Assembly: GCA_963790825.1 (NCBI GenBank) | Contig: CAWBPM010000003.1 | Location: 56,353-120,352 of the forward strand | Direction of reading: 5' to 3' | DNA from: Candidatus Levyibacteriota bacterium | GTDB taxonomy: Bacteria; Patescibacteriota; Microgenomatia; Levybacterales; UBA12049 | Length of the DNA stretch: 64,000 nucleotides | Shown: positions 30,480 to 39,157 of the stretch, one piece after another | How positions within the stretch are numbered: position 1 is the first letter of the stretch | How the letters are laid out: the number at the start of each line of letters is the position of its first letter | Notes under the pieces: generated by a model | Databases searched by the model: none | The model's input: only the letters and a program-made list of their open reading frames with translations | Told to the model about the DNA's origin: nothing | Position numbers and translations under genes: made by a program

Positions 30480-31667
30480 TCACGCAGTTGCCTGTCTTCT
30501 TTTTACTACTTTCATGACTCCTACAACAAGTGCGGACACGACGATTCCTGTGAGTTCAATATCTATGAGAATTTGAGGAACCGGATTGTTCCAGTTACCC
30601 AAAAACAAAAAGGGTACATAGATTAAAAGTGCAAAGAAAGGTAAGATAATGCCGGGTATAAGAACATATTGTTTTTTACTGATCAATGCAGCAAAAGGTA
30701 GCACGTAAAGCAAATACCAGGGCTGAAAATTAGTTCGGACACTAGCTATAATCGTAGCTAAAGTCATAAAAAGAACTATCACTAAAAATAATTTATCCCA
30801 GGAAAGCTGTTTATTCTGTTTTTCCGAGTAGTGAATATATAAGAAAACCGGCAAAAGCAGACCGGTTGCGAACTTTATGGCAAAGGAGACCAGAAGCAGT
30901 AACCAGAAAGTAATATATTTTTTTGTAAGCAGCAAATACACAGCAAAAACGGCAAAAAACAGCATGACGATATCATTATGCGCCGATACCAAACTTTCGA
31001 TAAGAACTAAGGGGTTTAATGCAAAGAAAACGAGGCTAAAAAGTTCTTGATTTGCTGCAAGTTTTTTCTGTATTTTTCCGATGAAATAAACCGTTCCCAG
31101 AAAACTCCCAGCCATAAGAAGTTTAAAAAGAAAAAAAGTCAATAAAAAAATATGGAAGCCTAAAAAAGACAATGGTACAGTAAGCACAAGCCACATAGGG
31201 CCATAAGGATAGGTTCTCTGTGTCCAGTGCATAAACCCAAGCATGGGATCCGACGTATAATCAAGAGCCTTATGCTGATATGGATTTTGCTGATAGAAAG
31301 TTACAATTTTGGCATCAAAAATATAGTTGAATAAGTCGTAAGAAAAAGCGTTATAGGAAAAAGCTAGAATAACAGTCGTAATAATAACTGTCAGCCAGAT
31401 AAGCTTTCGGCTCAGCAGTCTTTTATAAGCAAGAATCAGAAACAAACCGTAAAAAATAAAAAGCAGGAGGATGATGCCGATATACAAAGCGGTTGATAAC
31501 GGCCTCTCAAAGTAGCCGACATATTGAAATGCATTCTCAATTGCGTGTAACGATTTAATTTTAATAATTGTCAGTCCCAGGTCGGTTTGCGTAAATGAGT
31601 ATAAAAATAATGCCAGAATTAGGAAAAGATAAGAAAAAACGAGCAGCAGTACCTTATTTTTAAACAT
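30480..31667 (-). CDS. GT-C polyprenyl-phosphosugar-dependent transferase (MptA/MptB- or GT87-like)
   Basis: SYDLFNY..NPY, TYPYGPMW, LNPLVLIE..AHNDIVM, FQPWYLL. Start reassigned to ATG 31667, 4 nt after the upstream stop. Confidence 0.78.
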   Translation of the reverse strand: MFKNKVLLLVFSYLFLILALFLYSFTQTDLGLTIIKIKSLHAIENAFQYVGYFERPLSTALYIGIILLLFIFYGLFLILAYKRLLSRKLIWLTVIITTVILAFSYNAFSYDLFNYIFDAKIVTFYQQNPYQHKALDYTSDPMLGFMHWTQRTYPYGPMWLVLTVPLSFLGFHIFLLTFFLFKLLMAGSFLGTVYFIGKIQKKLAANQELFSLVFFALNPLVLIESLVSAHNDIVMLFFAVFAVYLLLTKKYITFWLLLLVSFAIKFATGLLLPVFLYIHYSEKQNKQLSWDKLFLVIVLFMTLATIIASVRTNFQPWYLLYVLPFAALISKKQYVLIPGIILPFFALLIYVPFLFLGNWNNPVPQILIDIELTGIVVSALVVGVMKVVKRRQATA

Positions 31668-31671
31668 GTAG

Positions 31672-32433
31672 TTATAAATTTTTATATTTTCCGCTAATGA
31701 CGTTCTTTTTAATTTTGAGAAGGTCGAGTATGCCAAAAATCGAATCCTGAATCGGATTTACCCGTCTGCTTTCGACATATAGCCACGTTACAGGTACTTC
31801 TTTAATTTTATATCCCATAATTTCTGCGAGATATAAAAGCTCTACATCAAATCCGGATGAAACGCTCGATCCGGAAATTTGCGAAAAACCATGATGAATC
31901 TTACTAACTCTTTCAAATAATTTTTTTGCGGTAACATTACGAAACATTTTAAATCCACACTGGGTATCCGATATGTCGGTAAGTCCGACGATAAGTTTTC
32001 TCAGAACAATACTGGAAAGAGAAATAAATTTTCGAGTCACCGGAGCACCTTTACGCTGTCCTTTTCGTGAGCCGATAACGATTTCGTAGTCTTGGTCAAA
32101 GAACGGAAGAAGTTTATTAACCTCCTCGATCGGTGTCGCCTGGTCCATGTCGGTAAAAAGGATAAGACTTCCCTTTGCCGCCAATACTCCGGTTGTTACT
32201 GCGCCTGCTTTTCCCGAATGTTTATTTTCTATGAGTTGAAAGGCAGGATTCTCATGCGTAAATTGCCTGATGAATTCAGTACTTCCATCTCTTGATCCAT
32301 CGTCGACAATAATTACTTCGTATGCAAAGTTATCGTTGTCAAGAAATCTTTTGACTTTATCTAAGACGCCTTTTTGCAAATTTGCCATCTCATCAAAACA
32401 AGGGATGACAACGGAAAGATATATTGAACTCAC
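31672..32433 (-). CDS. GT2 polyprenyl-phosphate glycosyltransferase (ALG5/DPG synthase-like)
   Basis: VDDGSRD, GKAGAV, FTDMDQATP, IGSR, DTQCGFKMF, GFDVELL. Confidence 0.88.
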   Translation of the reverse strand: MSSIYLSVVIPCFDEMANLQKGVLDKVKRFLDNDNFAYEVIIVDDGSRDGSTEFIRQFTHENPAFQLIENKHSGKAGAVTTGVLAAKGSLILFTDMDQATPIEEVNKLLPFFDQDYEIVIGSRKGQRKGAPVTRKFISLSSIVLRKLIVGLTDISDTQCGFKMFRNVTAKKLFERVSKIHHGFSQISGSSVSSGFDVELLYLAEIMGYKIKEVPVTWLYVESRRVNPIQDSIFGILDLLKIKKNVISGKYKNL

Positions 32434-32497
32434 AGATGAATTATACTAGAAAATTGCTTCGGAACAAATAAGCATTTGCTCCGTTTAAAATTTGTTG

Positions 32498-33049
32498 TTA
32501 ATTAAGTAAGATCGTTGTACGGTCTAACCAATACCGCCCTTTAAGCAAAGCAGCATCTGCGCCGTTATAATCAAAAAAGCCATTACCTGTCACTTCTATT
32601 AAATCTGAGGAGGGAAGAAGAAAGATAAGATTTACAGTCTTTGGATCGATTTGATAGAGCAGGAAATTTTTTCCCTGAAGAATGGCTTTATCTGTCGGGA
32701 CGCTACTTATGTTCAATATACTTTTTAATGACGGTTGAGACACAAGACTGTCGCTGCTCGTTAAATGGGATGATGAAAATTTAGAGAAGGTTAAGCCCTT
32801 ATAACCCGCTTTGGTACTTCCAAAACTACTTCGTTCTAAAACAAATGAACCGGGACCGTAAAAATCTCGAAATTGCCAGAACACTTTAGGATCAATCTCA
32901 CCTTTTCCGCGAACATCCTGCACAAATTGTAAATATCTCGCTTGCCTTACGCTTGGGAATAAACCAGAAGAAATTTTTGGCTGCAGTAAAAGTAATAAGA
33001 CAATAATAAGAACGCCGCCGAGGATATAGTAGCCATAGATCAGTTTCAT
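32498..33049 (-). CDS. hypothetical protein with N-terminal membrane anchor
   Basis: 183-aa ORF with hydrophobic N-terminus YYILGGVLIIVLLLLL; no family recognised. Confidence 0.65.
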   Translation of the reverse strand: MKLIYGYYILGGVLIIVLLLLLQPKISSGLFPSVRQARYLQFVQDVRGKGEIDPKVFWQFRDFYGPGSFVLERSSFGSTKAGYKGLTFSKFSSSHLTSSDSLVSQPSLKSILNISSVPTDKAILQGKNFLLYQIDPKTVNLIFLLPSSDLIEVTGNGFFDYNGADAALLKGRYWLDRTTILLN

Positions 33050-33071
33050 GTATAATCGTATTATATACGAA

Positions 33072-34748
33072 ATGATAAGGGTAAATAAAATTGATCTGCT
33101 AAACGGGATTATTGTTGCTACTTTGGCAGTTTTTCTCGTATTGGATTTATTTATACATGCAGGAGAACCTACTACGTTTGACGGCAGAATTCACATTACG
33201 AATATTGCGCAGTATACGCAGGCCGTAAGAGACGGAGAATTTCCTGTTCGCTGGGCAGACGGATTAGCGAATTACGGCATGCCAATGCCTATTCTTGCAC
33301 AACAAACAACCAATTATCTTGGGGTACTTCTGATGTTTCTTATACATAACGCGCTACTTACAGATAAATTGCTTTTTCTTGTTGGTTCAATCCTTGCCAG
33401 CATTTTTCTCTACTGGTTTCTCCGCCTCCATTTTCAATTACTTCCTGCTTTTTTAGGCACGTTTTTGTTTACATTCGCACCTTACCGTATTTTTGATATC
33501 TATGTGCGCGGAGACTTGCCGGAATTTTTTGCCAGTGTTTTTATCATCCTTGTTCTTATTGGCTTGTATTACACGGTTAAAACACAAAAGATTACTGCCT
33601 GGTTATTGTTAACTATTGCCGTGGCGCTGCTTTCGTACACGCACCCACCTTCACTTCTTATTAGTATGTTCATTATTATTCCGTATGCCACTTTGCTTCT
33701 TTTGACTAGTAAGCAAAAACGGATGCATCTTTTACAAATCGTGTCGGCATTTTTCTTGGGAGTCGGACTTTCTGCATTGTATGTAGTACCTTTGCTCTCC
33801 GAGATGAAGTATTTTTATTACGGACTTACCCCAAACCATTTAGTACCCAATCAATTCTTAGGACTTACCAATTTCCTGGGTCCCGGTTGGTATTATTTCT
33901 ATAAAGATAGTCCGTTTTTACGGGGGAATTTTATTTCCGCAGGACTTCTGGAAACAATAATTATTCTCGTTGGTCTTTGTTTTTCAATTATTCTTTATGA
34001 AACAAAGCACCGGGTTGATAAACTCCTGGCATTTTCTCTTTGCAGCTCAGTGCTGGTAATTTTTATGCTGACGGCAATGTCAAGCATATTGTATGAAAAA
34101 GTTAATCTTTTAAATTCTCTTCAGTTTCCCTGGAGAATGCTTATTGATCTTAATATCTTTGTTCCGATTGTTTTCGCCGTTGTTTTGAGTTATGTCAAAA
34201 AGTATCAGTATATATTGTGCCTTCTTCTCATCGTACTGATTGCCTACTCACGTTTTCCTCAAATCTACGGCAAGAACTATGTTGAGCATTCGGAGCAGTA
34301 CTACACCTTTACTAAGGAAAATCTTTATGCAGTTATTTTTAATACTATCTGGAGCGGAAAATCCACTGATTATGCAGTGGAAAAGAATAAACCGGCTGTT
34401 ATCGAGGGGAAAGGGTTAATCAGCGAAGAACATGTACTGAATGCATCTCGTCTTTACACTGTTAACGCACAAACGCCACTTCGGATGGTTGATTATACTT
34501 TTTATTTTCCGGGCTGGCGGGTTTTTATTGATGGTAATTCTGTTCCCATTCAGTTTCAAGATCCCCGGTATCGCGGCGTAATTACTTATAATGTGCCTTC
34601 CGGCTTGCACCATATCTTTATCCAATTTGGCGATACGAAAGACAGATTGGTCGGAATATTTATTTCAGCCGGATCTTTGCTTGCTATAATAGGACTATTC
34701 CTGGTTTTCTTTATTATAAAGAAAAAGAAAAGTATAACTAATAACTAA
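33072..34748 (+). CDS. GT-C-type membrane protein (PTPS-related family)
   Basis: TFDGRIH..DGEFPVRWAD, APYR...YVRGDLPE, QFPWRM, YFPGW. The ATG at 33072 is preferred over 33048, which overlaps the divergent start codon. Confidence 0.78.
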   Translation: MIRVNKIDLLNGIIVATLAVFLVLDLFIHAGEPTTFDGRIHITNIAQYTQAVRDGEFPVRWADGLANYGMPMPILAQQTTNYLGVLLMFLIHNALLTDKLLFLVGSILASIFLYWFLRLHFQLLPAFLGTFLFTFAPYRIFDIYVRGDLPEFFASVFIILVLIGLYYTVKTQKITAWLLLTIAVALLSYTHPPSLLISMFIIIPYATLLLLTSKQKRMHLLQIVSAFFLGVGLSALYVVPLLSEMKYFYYGLTPNHLVPNQFLGLTNFLGPGWYYFYKDSPFLRGNFISAGLLETIIILVGLCFSIILYETKHRVDKLLAFSLCSSVLVIFMLTAMSSILYEKVNLLNSLQFPWRMLIDLNIFVPIVFAVVLSYVKKYQYILCLLLIVLIAYSRFPQIYGKNYVEHSEQYYTFTKENLYAVIFNTIWSGKSTDYAVEKNKPAVIEGKGLISEEHVLNASRLYTVNAQTPLRMVDYTFYFPGWRVFIDGNSVPIQFQDPRYRGVITYNVPSGLHHIFIQFGDTKDRLVGIFISAGSLLAIIGLFLVFFIIKKKKSITNN

Positions 34749-34841
34749 ATTGATTGTCTCAACGCTTCCTTTCAGCTATAATACTGAAGCTACATAGATA
34801 GTAAGTTATTGATATTTATTACAATCTAGTAGCGAAAAGCC

Positions 34842-34914
34842 GGCCCCATCGTCTAGTGGTCTAGGACAGTGGATTCTCATTCCACTAACCAGGATTCGAA
34901 TTCCTGTGGGGTCA
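34842..34914 (+). tRNA. tRNA-Glu(CTC)
   Basis: Acceptor GGCCCCA/TGGGGTC, D-arm GTCTAGTGGTCTAGGAC, anticodon arm GTGGA-TTCTCAT-TCCAC, T-arm CAGGA-TTCGAAT-TCCTG; CCA not encoded. Confidence 0.95.
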
Positions 34915-34936
34915 CACTAACATCAAGCGTAACAAG

Positions 34937-35023
34937 TCGGGTTCCTTGTTCTTCCGAAGTCCCGCTTAGCGGGACGAAGGAGAATCATTCTGAAAATCGA
35001 GGGTCCAAATCCCTCTGGGGTCA
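34937..35023 (+). pseudogene. tRNA-Glu-like 3' remnant with a GC-rich hairpin at the anticodon position
   Basis: T-arm GAGGG-TCCAAAT-CCCTC plus TGGGGTCA, the same acceptor 3' strand as the tRNA. Hairpin GTCCCGC-TTA-GCGGGAC at 34959-34975. No 5' acceptor strand or D-arm. Confidence 0.6.
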
Positions 35024-35085
35024 CATCAGTTGCTAACGATATGTAACCGGACTTGTACAGTCTCAAATTTTATATTTTTTCTCTC

Positions 35086-35151
35086 TTGACACTGATTGTT
35101 TTTTAGTATATTCTCGTTTCTAGAAGTGCTGCTAATATAGCGGCATTTTTT
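35086..35151 (+). promoter_or_regulatory. pyr operon promoter with a leader hairpin and U-tract
   Basis: TTGACA-17-TATTCT (35086-35114), then GTGCTGCTA-ATA-TAGCGGCAT running into a T6 tract, 9 nt before the pyrF ATG. Confidence 0.6.
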
Positions 35152-35160
35152 GTAAAAATA

Positions 35161-36126
35161 ATGGTAGAAAGAAATTTTTCCGCTCTTCTAGCAGCTCAAA
35201 ATGATAAAGGAAATCATGTTTGTGTCGGGCTGGACTCTGATTTTTTTGAAATACAGAAGCGCATTAAAAATGGTAGCTTAAAACTTCAAATGCAGGCTTA
35301 TCCAAGTAAAGCAGAGACGGTACTTGCGTTTAATCGAGCAGTCATTGATGCTACTTCGGATATTGTAGCAGCATATAAACCCAACGCAGCGTTTTACCGA
35401 AGTCTCGGATATAACGGATCGGGTGCGTTAAAAAATACTGTTTTGTACGCCCAACAGAAAGCACCTGAGGCAGTTGATATTGAAGACGCTAAACTCGCCG
35501 ATATCGGCAATACAAATGAGCAATATGCAAGAGAAGTATTTGATTATCATAATGCCGATGGATTAACCGTTCATCCGTATTTAGGCGGTGAAGCAATTGA
35601 ACCATTCTTGAAAAGAACAAGTAAAGGAATTCTCGTTCTTGCCAGGACATCAAATCCGGGCGGCGGAGAATTCCAAGATCGAGTCGTATTAGGTCCTGAA
35701 ATAGAAAAGCTTTTCTTAGATAAAAAGGCTATCTCAGACATTGAGGAAATTATTATTAATCTAGGAGAGTTAAGAAGTAATTCGGGGGAATTATATAGAA
35801 AAGTGGCTGAAGATGCCGTGGAATGGAACAAGAAGTATAAAAATGTGGGACTTGTAGCCGGTGCGACATATCCAGGGGAAGCCGGGATAATTCGACGGAT
35901 TGTAGGACCAGACATGCCGCTTCTCATCCCGGGAGTCGGAGCACAAGGACAAACTGCTGCGGAAATTGTTCCGCAAGCCTTACGACGAGGCGAACGGGGA
36001 GTAATTAATTCTTCACGTGGTATTATTTTTCCTAAGATTCCGGAAGGACAACGATATTTTGACGTAGTAAGAGCAGAAACAGTGAAACTTCACCAACAAA
36101 TTCAACTAGCACAAAGGGTAGCATAA
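35161..36126 (+). CDS. pyrF: orotidine-5'-phosphate decarboxylase
   Basis: CVGLD, YKPNAAFY, DAKLADIGNT, TVHPYLG, RTSNPG, GATYP, LIPGVGAQG, INSSRGII. Confidence 0.93.
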   Translation: MVERNFSALLAAQNDKGNHVCVGLDSDFFEIQKRIKNGSLKLQMQAYPSKAETVLAFNRAVIDATSDIVAAYKPNAAFYRSLGYNGSGALKNTVLYAQQKAPEAVDIEDAKLADIGNTNEQYAREVFDYHNADGLTVHPYLGGEAIEPFLKRTSKGILVLARTSNPGGGEFQDRVVLGPEIEKLFLDKKAISDIEEIIINLGELRSNSGELYRKVAEDAVEWNKKYKNVGLVAGATYPGEAGIIRRIVGPDMPLLIPGVGAQGQTAAEIVPQALRRGERGVINSSRGIIFPKIPEGQRYFDVVRAETVKLHQQIQLAQRVA

Positions 36127-36128
36127 TT

Positions 36129-36872
36129 ATGGCAAGAGAAATATATAGAGGACCTGAGAGACTAACAAGACAGCAAGAAAGATTAGCTGAGTTATTGTTT
36201 GATACGAAAACAGAAGCTCCGGTTACGAGAAGGAGAGATCTCCCCGGAGGAGAAGAAGTTGAATTTTATAAGATTACACGCCCGCTTAGTCCGATCGCTT
36301 TCGCACAAGAAGGTGAATTTGTTCTAAAGTCTCATGAAAAAAATCGAAGAGCCCCTCTTTCCCCTATTTATTTTAGCCTTCGCAATTTAGATGAGGAGCT
36401 TGTCGATCAAATTGGTATTGTTCTGGCAGAAATTCCAAGTCGAACTAAGCCGGATGTTTGTGCAGGAATTCCTGCTGCCGGCATACCTCTTGCCGAAGCA
36501 TATGCAAGACATGCACATATTCCTGTCATTGATATTTTCAGCAAAGAACAAACAGAGGCAGGACGACGGATTATCCCGGGCAAATTAAATGAATTTTATG
36601 GTCGGAGATTGAGAATTGTAGATGATCTCGTAACAAAAGGCGATACGAAATTTGAAGCTTTACATGCAGCTGAAGGACTTGGTTATGAGGTGTTTGATTT
36701 GATGGTTGTCGTTGACAGACAACAAGGTGCAACTAAACAATTGAAACAAGCTGGATATAGGCTGCGAGCTGCATTTACTATGGATCAGGTTCTCCGCTTT
36801 GGCGTCCGAACTGATAGGGTTACCCCTGAGCAATACCAACAAGTCGCAAATTATCTTCGGCCACAAAAATAA
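36129..36872 (+). CDS. pyrE: orotate phosphoribosyltransferase
   Basis: FVLKS..SPIYFSLR, GIPAAGIP, PRPP-binding loop IVDDLVTKGDT, VVVDRQQG; operon context. Confidence 0.88.
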   Translation: MAREIYRGPERLTRQQERLAELLFDTKTEAPVTRRRDLPGGEEVEFYKITRPLSPIAFAQEGEFVLKSHEKNRRAPLSPIYFSLRNLDEELVDQIGIVLAEIPSRTKPDVCAGIPAAGIPLAEAYARHAHIPVIDIFSKEQTEAGRRIIPGKLNEFYGRRLRIVDDLVTKGDTKFEALHAAEGLGYEVFDLMVVVDRQQGATKQLKQAGYRLRAAFTMDQVLRFGVRTDRVTPEQYQQVANYLRPQK

Positions 36873-36886
36873 AACTGCTTTTTATT

Positions 36887-38014
36887 ATGCCGGAAATTTA
36901 TAAAGGAATCGTAAGACCTATTCTTGATAGAATTCACCATTCAGAAGAAATGCATGCTGCAGCTCGTTATGGACTTCATCTTGCTGAACGGATCCCCGGC
37001 GGATTAAAACTGGTTGAACAATTTGCCTACGAACGAAAACAATTTACCGATCCAAGACTATATACTCGGGTAGGCTCAGTTTATTTGGACAACCCAACAA
37101 TGGTAGGCGCCGGATGGGATAAAAAGGGCATAGCAGTAGAAGCATTATACCGACTAGGAGCTTCTGCTGTCGAAGTTGGCGCAGTTCTTCCCTACAAACA
37201 GTACGGTAATAAAAAGCCACGACAATTTATGCTGGCTTCGGGAGTGGCAGTCAATTGGTTAGGTTTTAATGCTCCGGGAATGTTCGATGTGGAGAAAAAC
37301 TTAGCCCGATATCAAGACAAAGGAATTCCAATTGGTATTAACGTAGGAATTAATAAAGAGATTGATAAAGATGCGCCGAGGATGTATGGTCTTGTCATAG
37401 AAACTTTATATGATAAGGCGCAGTTTTTCGTGTTAAATGTTTCTTCTCCGAATACACCTGGACTGAGGGAGAGACAACAAAAAGAAGAGCTAAACGAAAT
37501 AGTACAAGCATCCAAAGAAGCAATGAGAAGAAAAGGAGAAGAAAAAGATTTGTATGTAAAAGTATCTCCTGATGCAAATAATAATATTATTGATGGAGTT
37601 ATCCAGGTGGTATTAGATAATAAATTGACAGGAATTGTTGCAACTAATACGACAAATAATCCTGAGATTAAAGGTAAGTATGGAAAGAAATGGAAGACGG
37701 AACAAGGAGGATTAAGCGGTGACGATAAGGATTATAGACGGATGGCGACTGAAAAGGTAGCATATATTTACCGTGCGACGAAAGGAGCAATTGATATTAT
37801 CGGTGTTGGTGGTGTTAAAGACACGAGAACAGCACTTGAAAAAATTCAAGCAGGAGCATCGGCAGTACAAGTGGTAACTGCAATTCGCGGAGAAGGAACA
37901 ACCGTTTTCGTACGAATTAATCAGGGACTCGTTACACATATGGAAAAAGAAGGAATAGATAGTATTCGTCAACTACGAGGAACAACAGCAGCAAAAAATT
38001 TATGGCAGGTATAG
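36887..38014 (+). CDS. pyrD: dihydroorotate dehydrogenase, class 2 (quinone-type)
   Basis: N-terminal helical extension, GAGWDK, GNKKPRQF, NWLGFN, catalytic-Ser loop NVSSPNTPG, KVSPD, NTT, GGLSG, GVGGV. Confidence 0.92.
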   Translation: MPEIYKGIVRPILDRIHHSEEMHAAARYGLHLAERIPGGLKLVEQFAYERKQFTDPRLYTRVGSVYLDNPTMVGAGWDKKGIAVEALYRLGASAVEVGAVLPYKQYGNKKPRQFMLASGVAVNWLGFNAPGMFDVEKNLARYQDKGIPIGINVGINKEIDKDAPRMYGLVIETLYDKAQFFVLNVSSPNTPGLRERQQKEELNEIVQASKEAMRRKGEEKDLYVKVSPDANNNIIDGVIQVVLDNKLTGIVATNTTNNPEIKGKYGKKWKTEQGGLSGDDKDYRRMATEKVAYIYRATKGAIDIIGVGGVKDTRTALEKIQAGASAVQVVTAIRGEGTTVFVRINQGLVTHMEKEGIDSIRQLRGTTAAKNLWQV

Positions 38015-39096
38015 CAGAACAATCAAGATATATAATACTTCCCGGACTCACTGAAGTTCATGCGCATTTAAGAGAACCCGGAGCAACGCATAAAGAGGAT
38101 TTTAGTACCGGTTCGAGAGCTGCAATCGCCGGCGGAATAACGACGGTCCTCGATATGCCGAATAATCCTGTGCCGACTGTCAGTGAGGAAGCTTTAAAAA
38201 ATAAAATTAATCTAACTCGTGGAAGAATATATGCAGACGTTGGGTTTCATTTCGGGGCAACGGAAGAAAGCAGTTATGTTTTTGGCGCAGTAGAAAATAA
38301 AATATTTGGCTATAAAGTCTATATGAATCCGACAACAGGTAACTTACTCGTCGACACAGAAGAGGCAGATGTGGTTTTTGCTATGACTCCCAGAAGTAAA
38401 GTTATTATTGCTCATGCAGAAGGTGAGACACTTAATACTGCTATTGGATTTGCTGAGAAATACAGAAAGAGGCTGCATGTCGCACATGTAAGTACAGCAG
38501 GTGAGGTTAACGCAATTCGTGAAGCAAAAGAAAGAGGAAAAACCAGAATAACAAGCGAGGCAGCTCCCCACCATTTTTATTTAACTGAAAATGATATTCC
38601 GCATTTGGAAATGCCTTCATTTGGCATTATGAAACCGCCGCTTGGTCGGGAATCTGATGTCTTAGCGCTTCGGGAAGGAATGAGAACTGGTGTTATCGAT
38701 ATAGTAGCAACAGACCATGCTCCACATACTCGAGAAGAAAAAGAGTCAGACAAACCGCCTTTTGGCGTTCCCGGACTTGAAACTTCACTTCCTTTGATGC
38801 TTAATCTCGCTGCCCAAGGAGTAATCCCCTTTGAGAAGATAAAAACATTGATGTATGATAATCCGAGGATTATTTTCGCTATTCCTGAGCAAGAAGATAC
38901 CTATATCTATGTTGATCCGGAAGCCAAATACACTATTGATGGCAGTAAATTACAAACTAAAGCAGGTTGGACGCCGTTTGACGGAATGCGGGTACAAGGG
39001 AAAATAGTCAGTGTTACACTTCGCGGGCAGAAGGTTTTTGATGGCGAACAAGTCGTCGGCAAACCAGGAGGCAGAGTTGCTTTACCCAGACGATAG
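38002..39096 (+). CDS. pyrC: dihydroorotase
   Basis: HAHLREPG, AAIAGGITTVLDMPN, HVAHVST, SEAAPHH, ATDHAPH, PGLET, GWTPFDG. Confidence 0.9.
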   Translation: MAGIAEQSRYIILPGLTEVHAHLREPGATHKEDFSTGSRAAIAGGITTVLDMPNNPVPTVSEEALKNKINLTRGRIYADVGFHFGATEESSYVFGAVENKIFGYKVYMNPTTGNLLVDTEEADVVFAMTPRSKVIIAHAEGETLNTAIGFAEKYRKRLHVAHVSTAGEVNAIREAKERGKTRITSEAAPHHFYLTENDIPHLEMPSFGIMKPPLGRESDVLALREGMRTGVIDIVATDHAPHTREEKESDKPPFGVPGLETSLPLMLNLAAQGVIPFEKIKTLMYDNPRIIFAIPEQEDTYIYVDPEAKYTIDGSKLQTKAGWTPFDGMRVQGKIVSVTLRGQKVFDGEQVVGKPGGRVALPRR

Positions 39097-39157
39097 CACG
39101 CACCCCCACACTATACTTTAATTATTTTCATTTTTCCCTCTTGACAACTCATCTGTA

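Noticed and set aside
34945-34984. Group I intron in a second tRNA-Glu
   Set aside because: Only 40 nt, far too short for a catalytic core, and the 5' acceptor strand and D-arm are missing.
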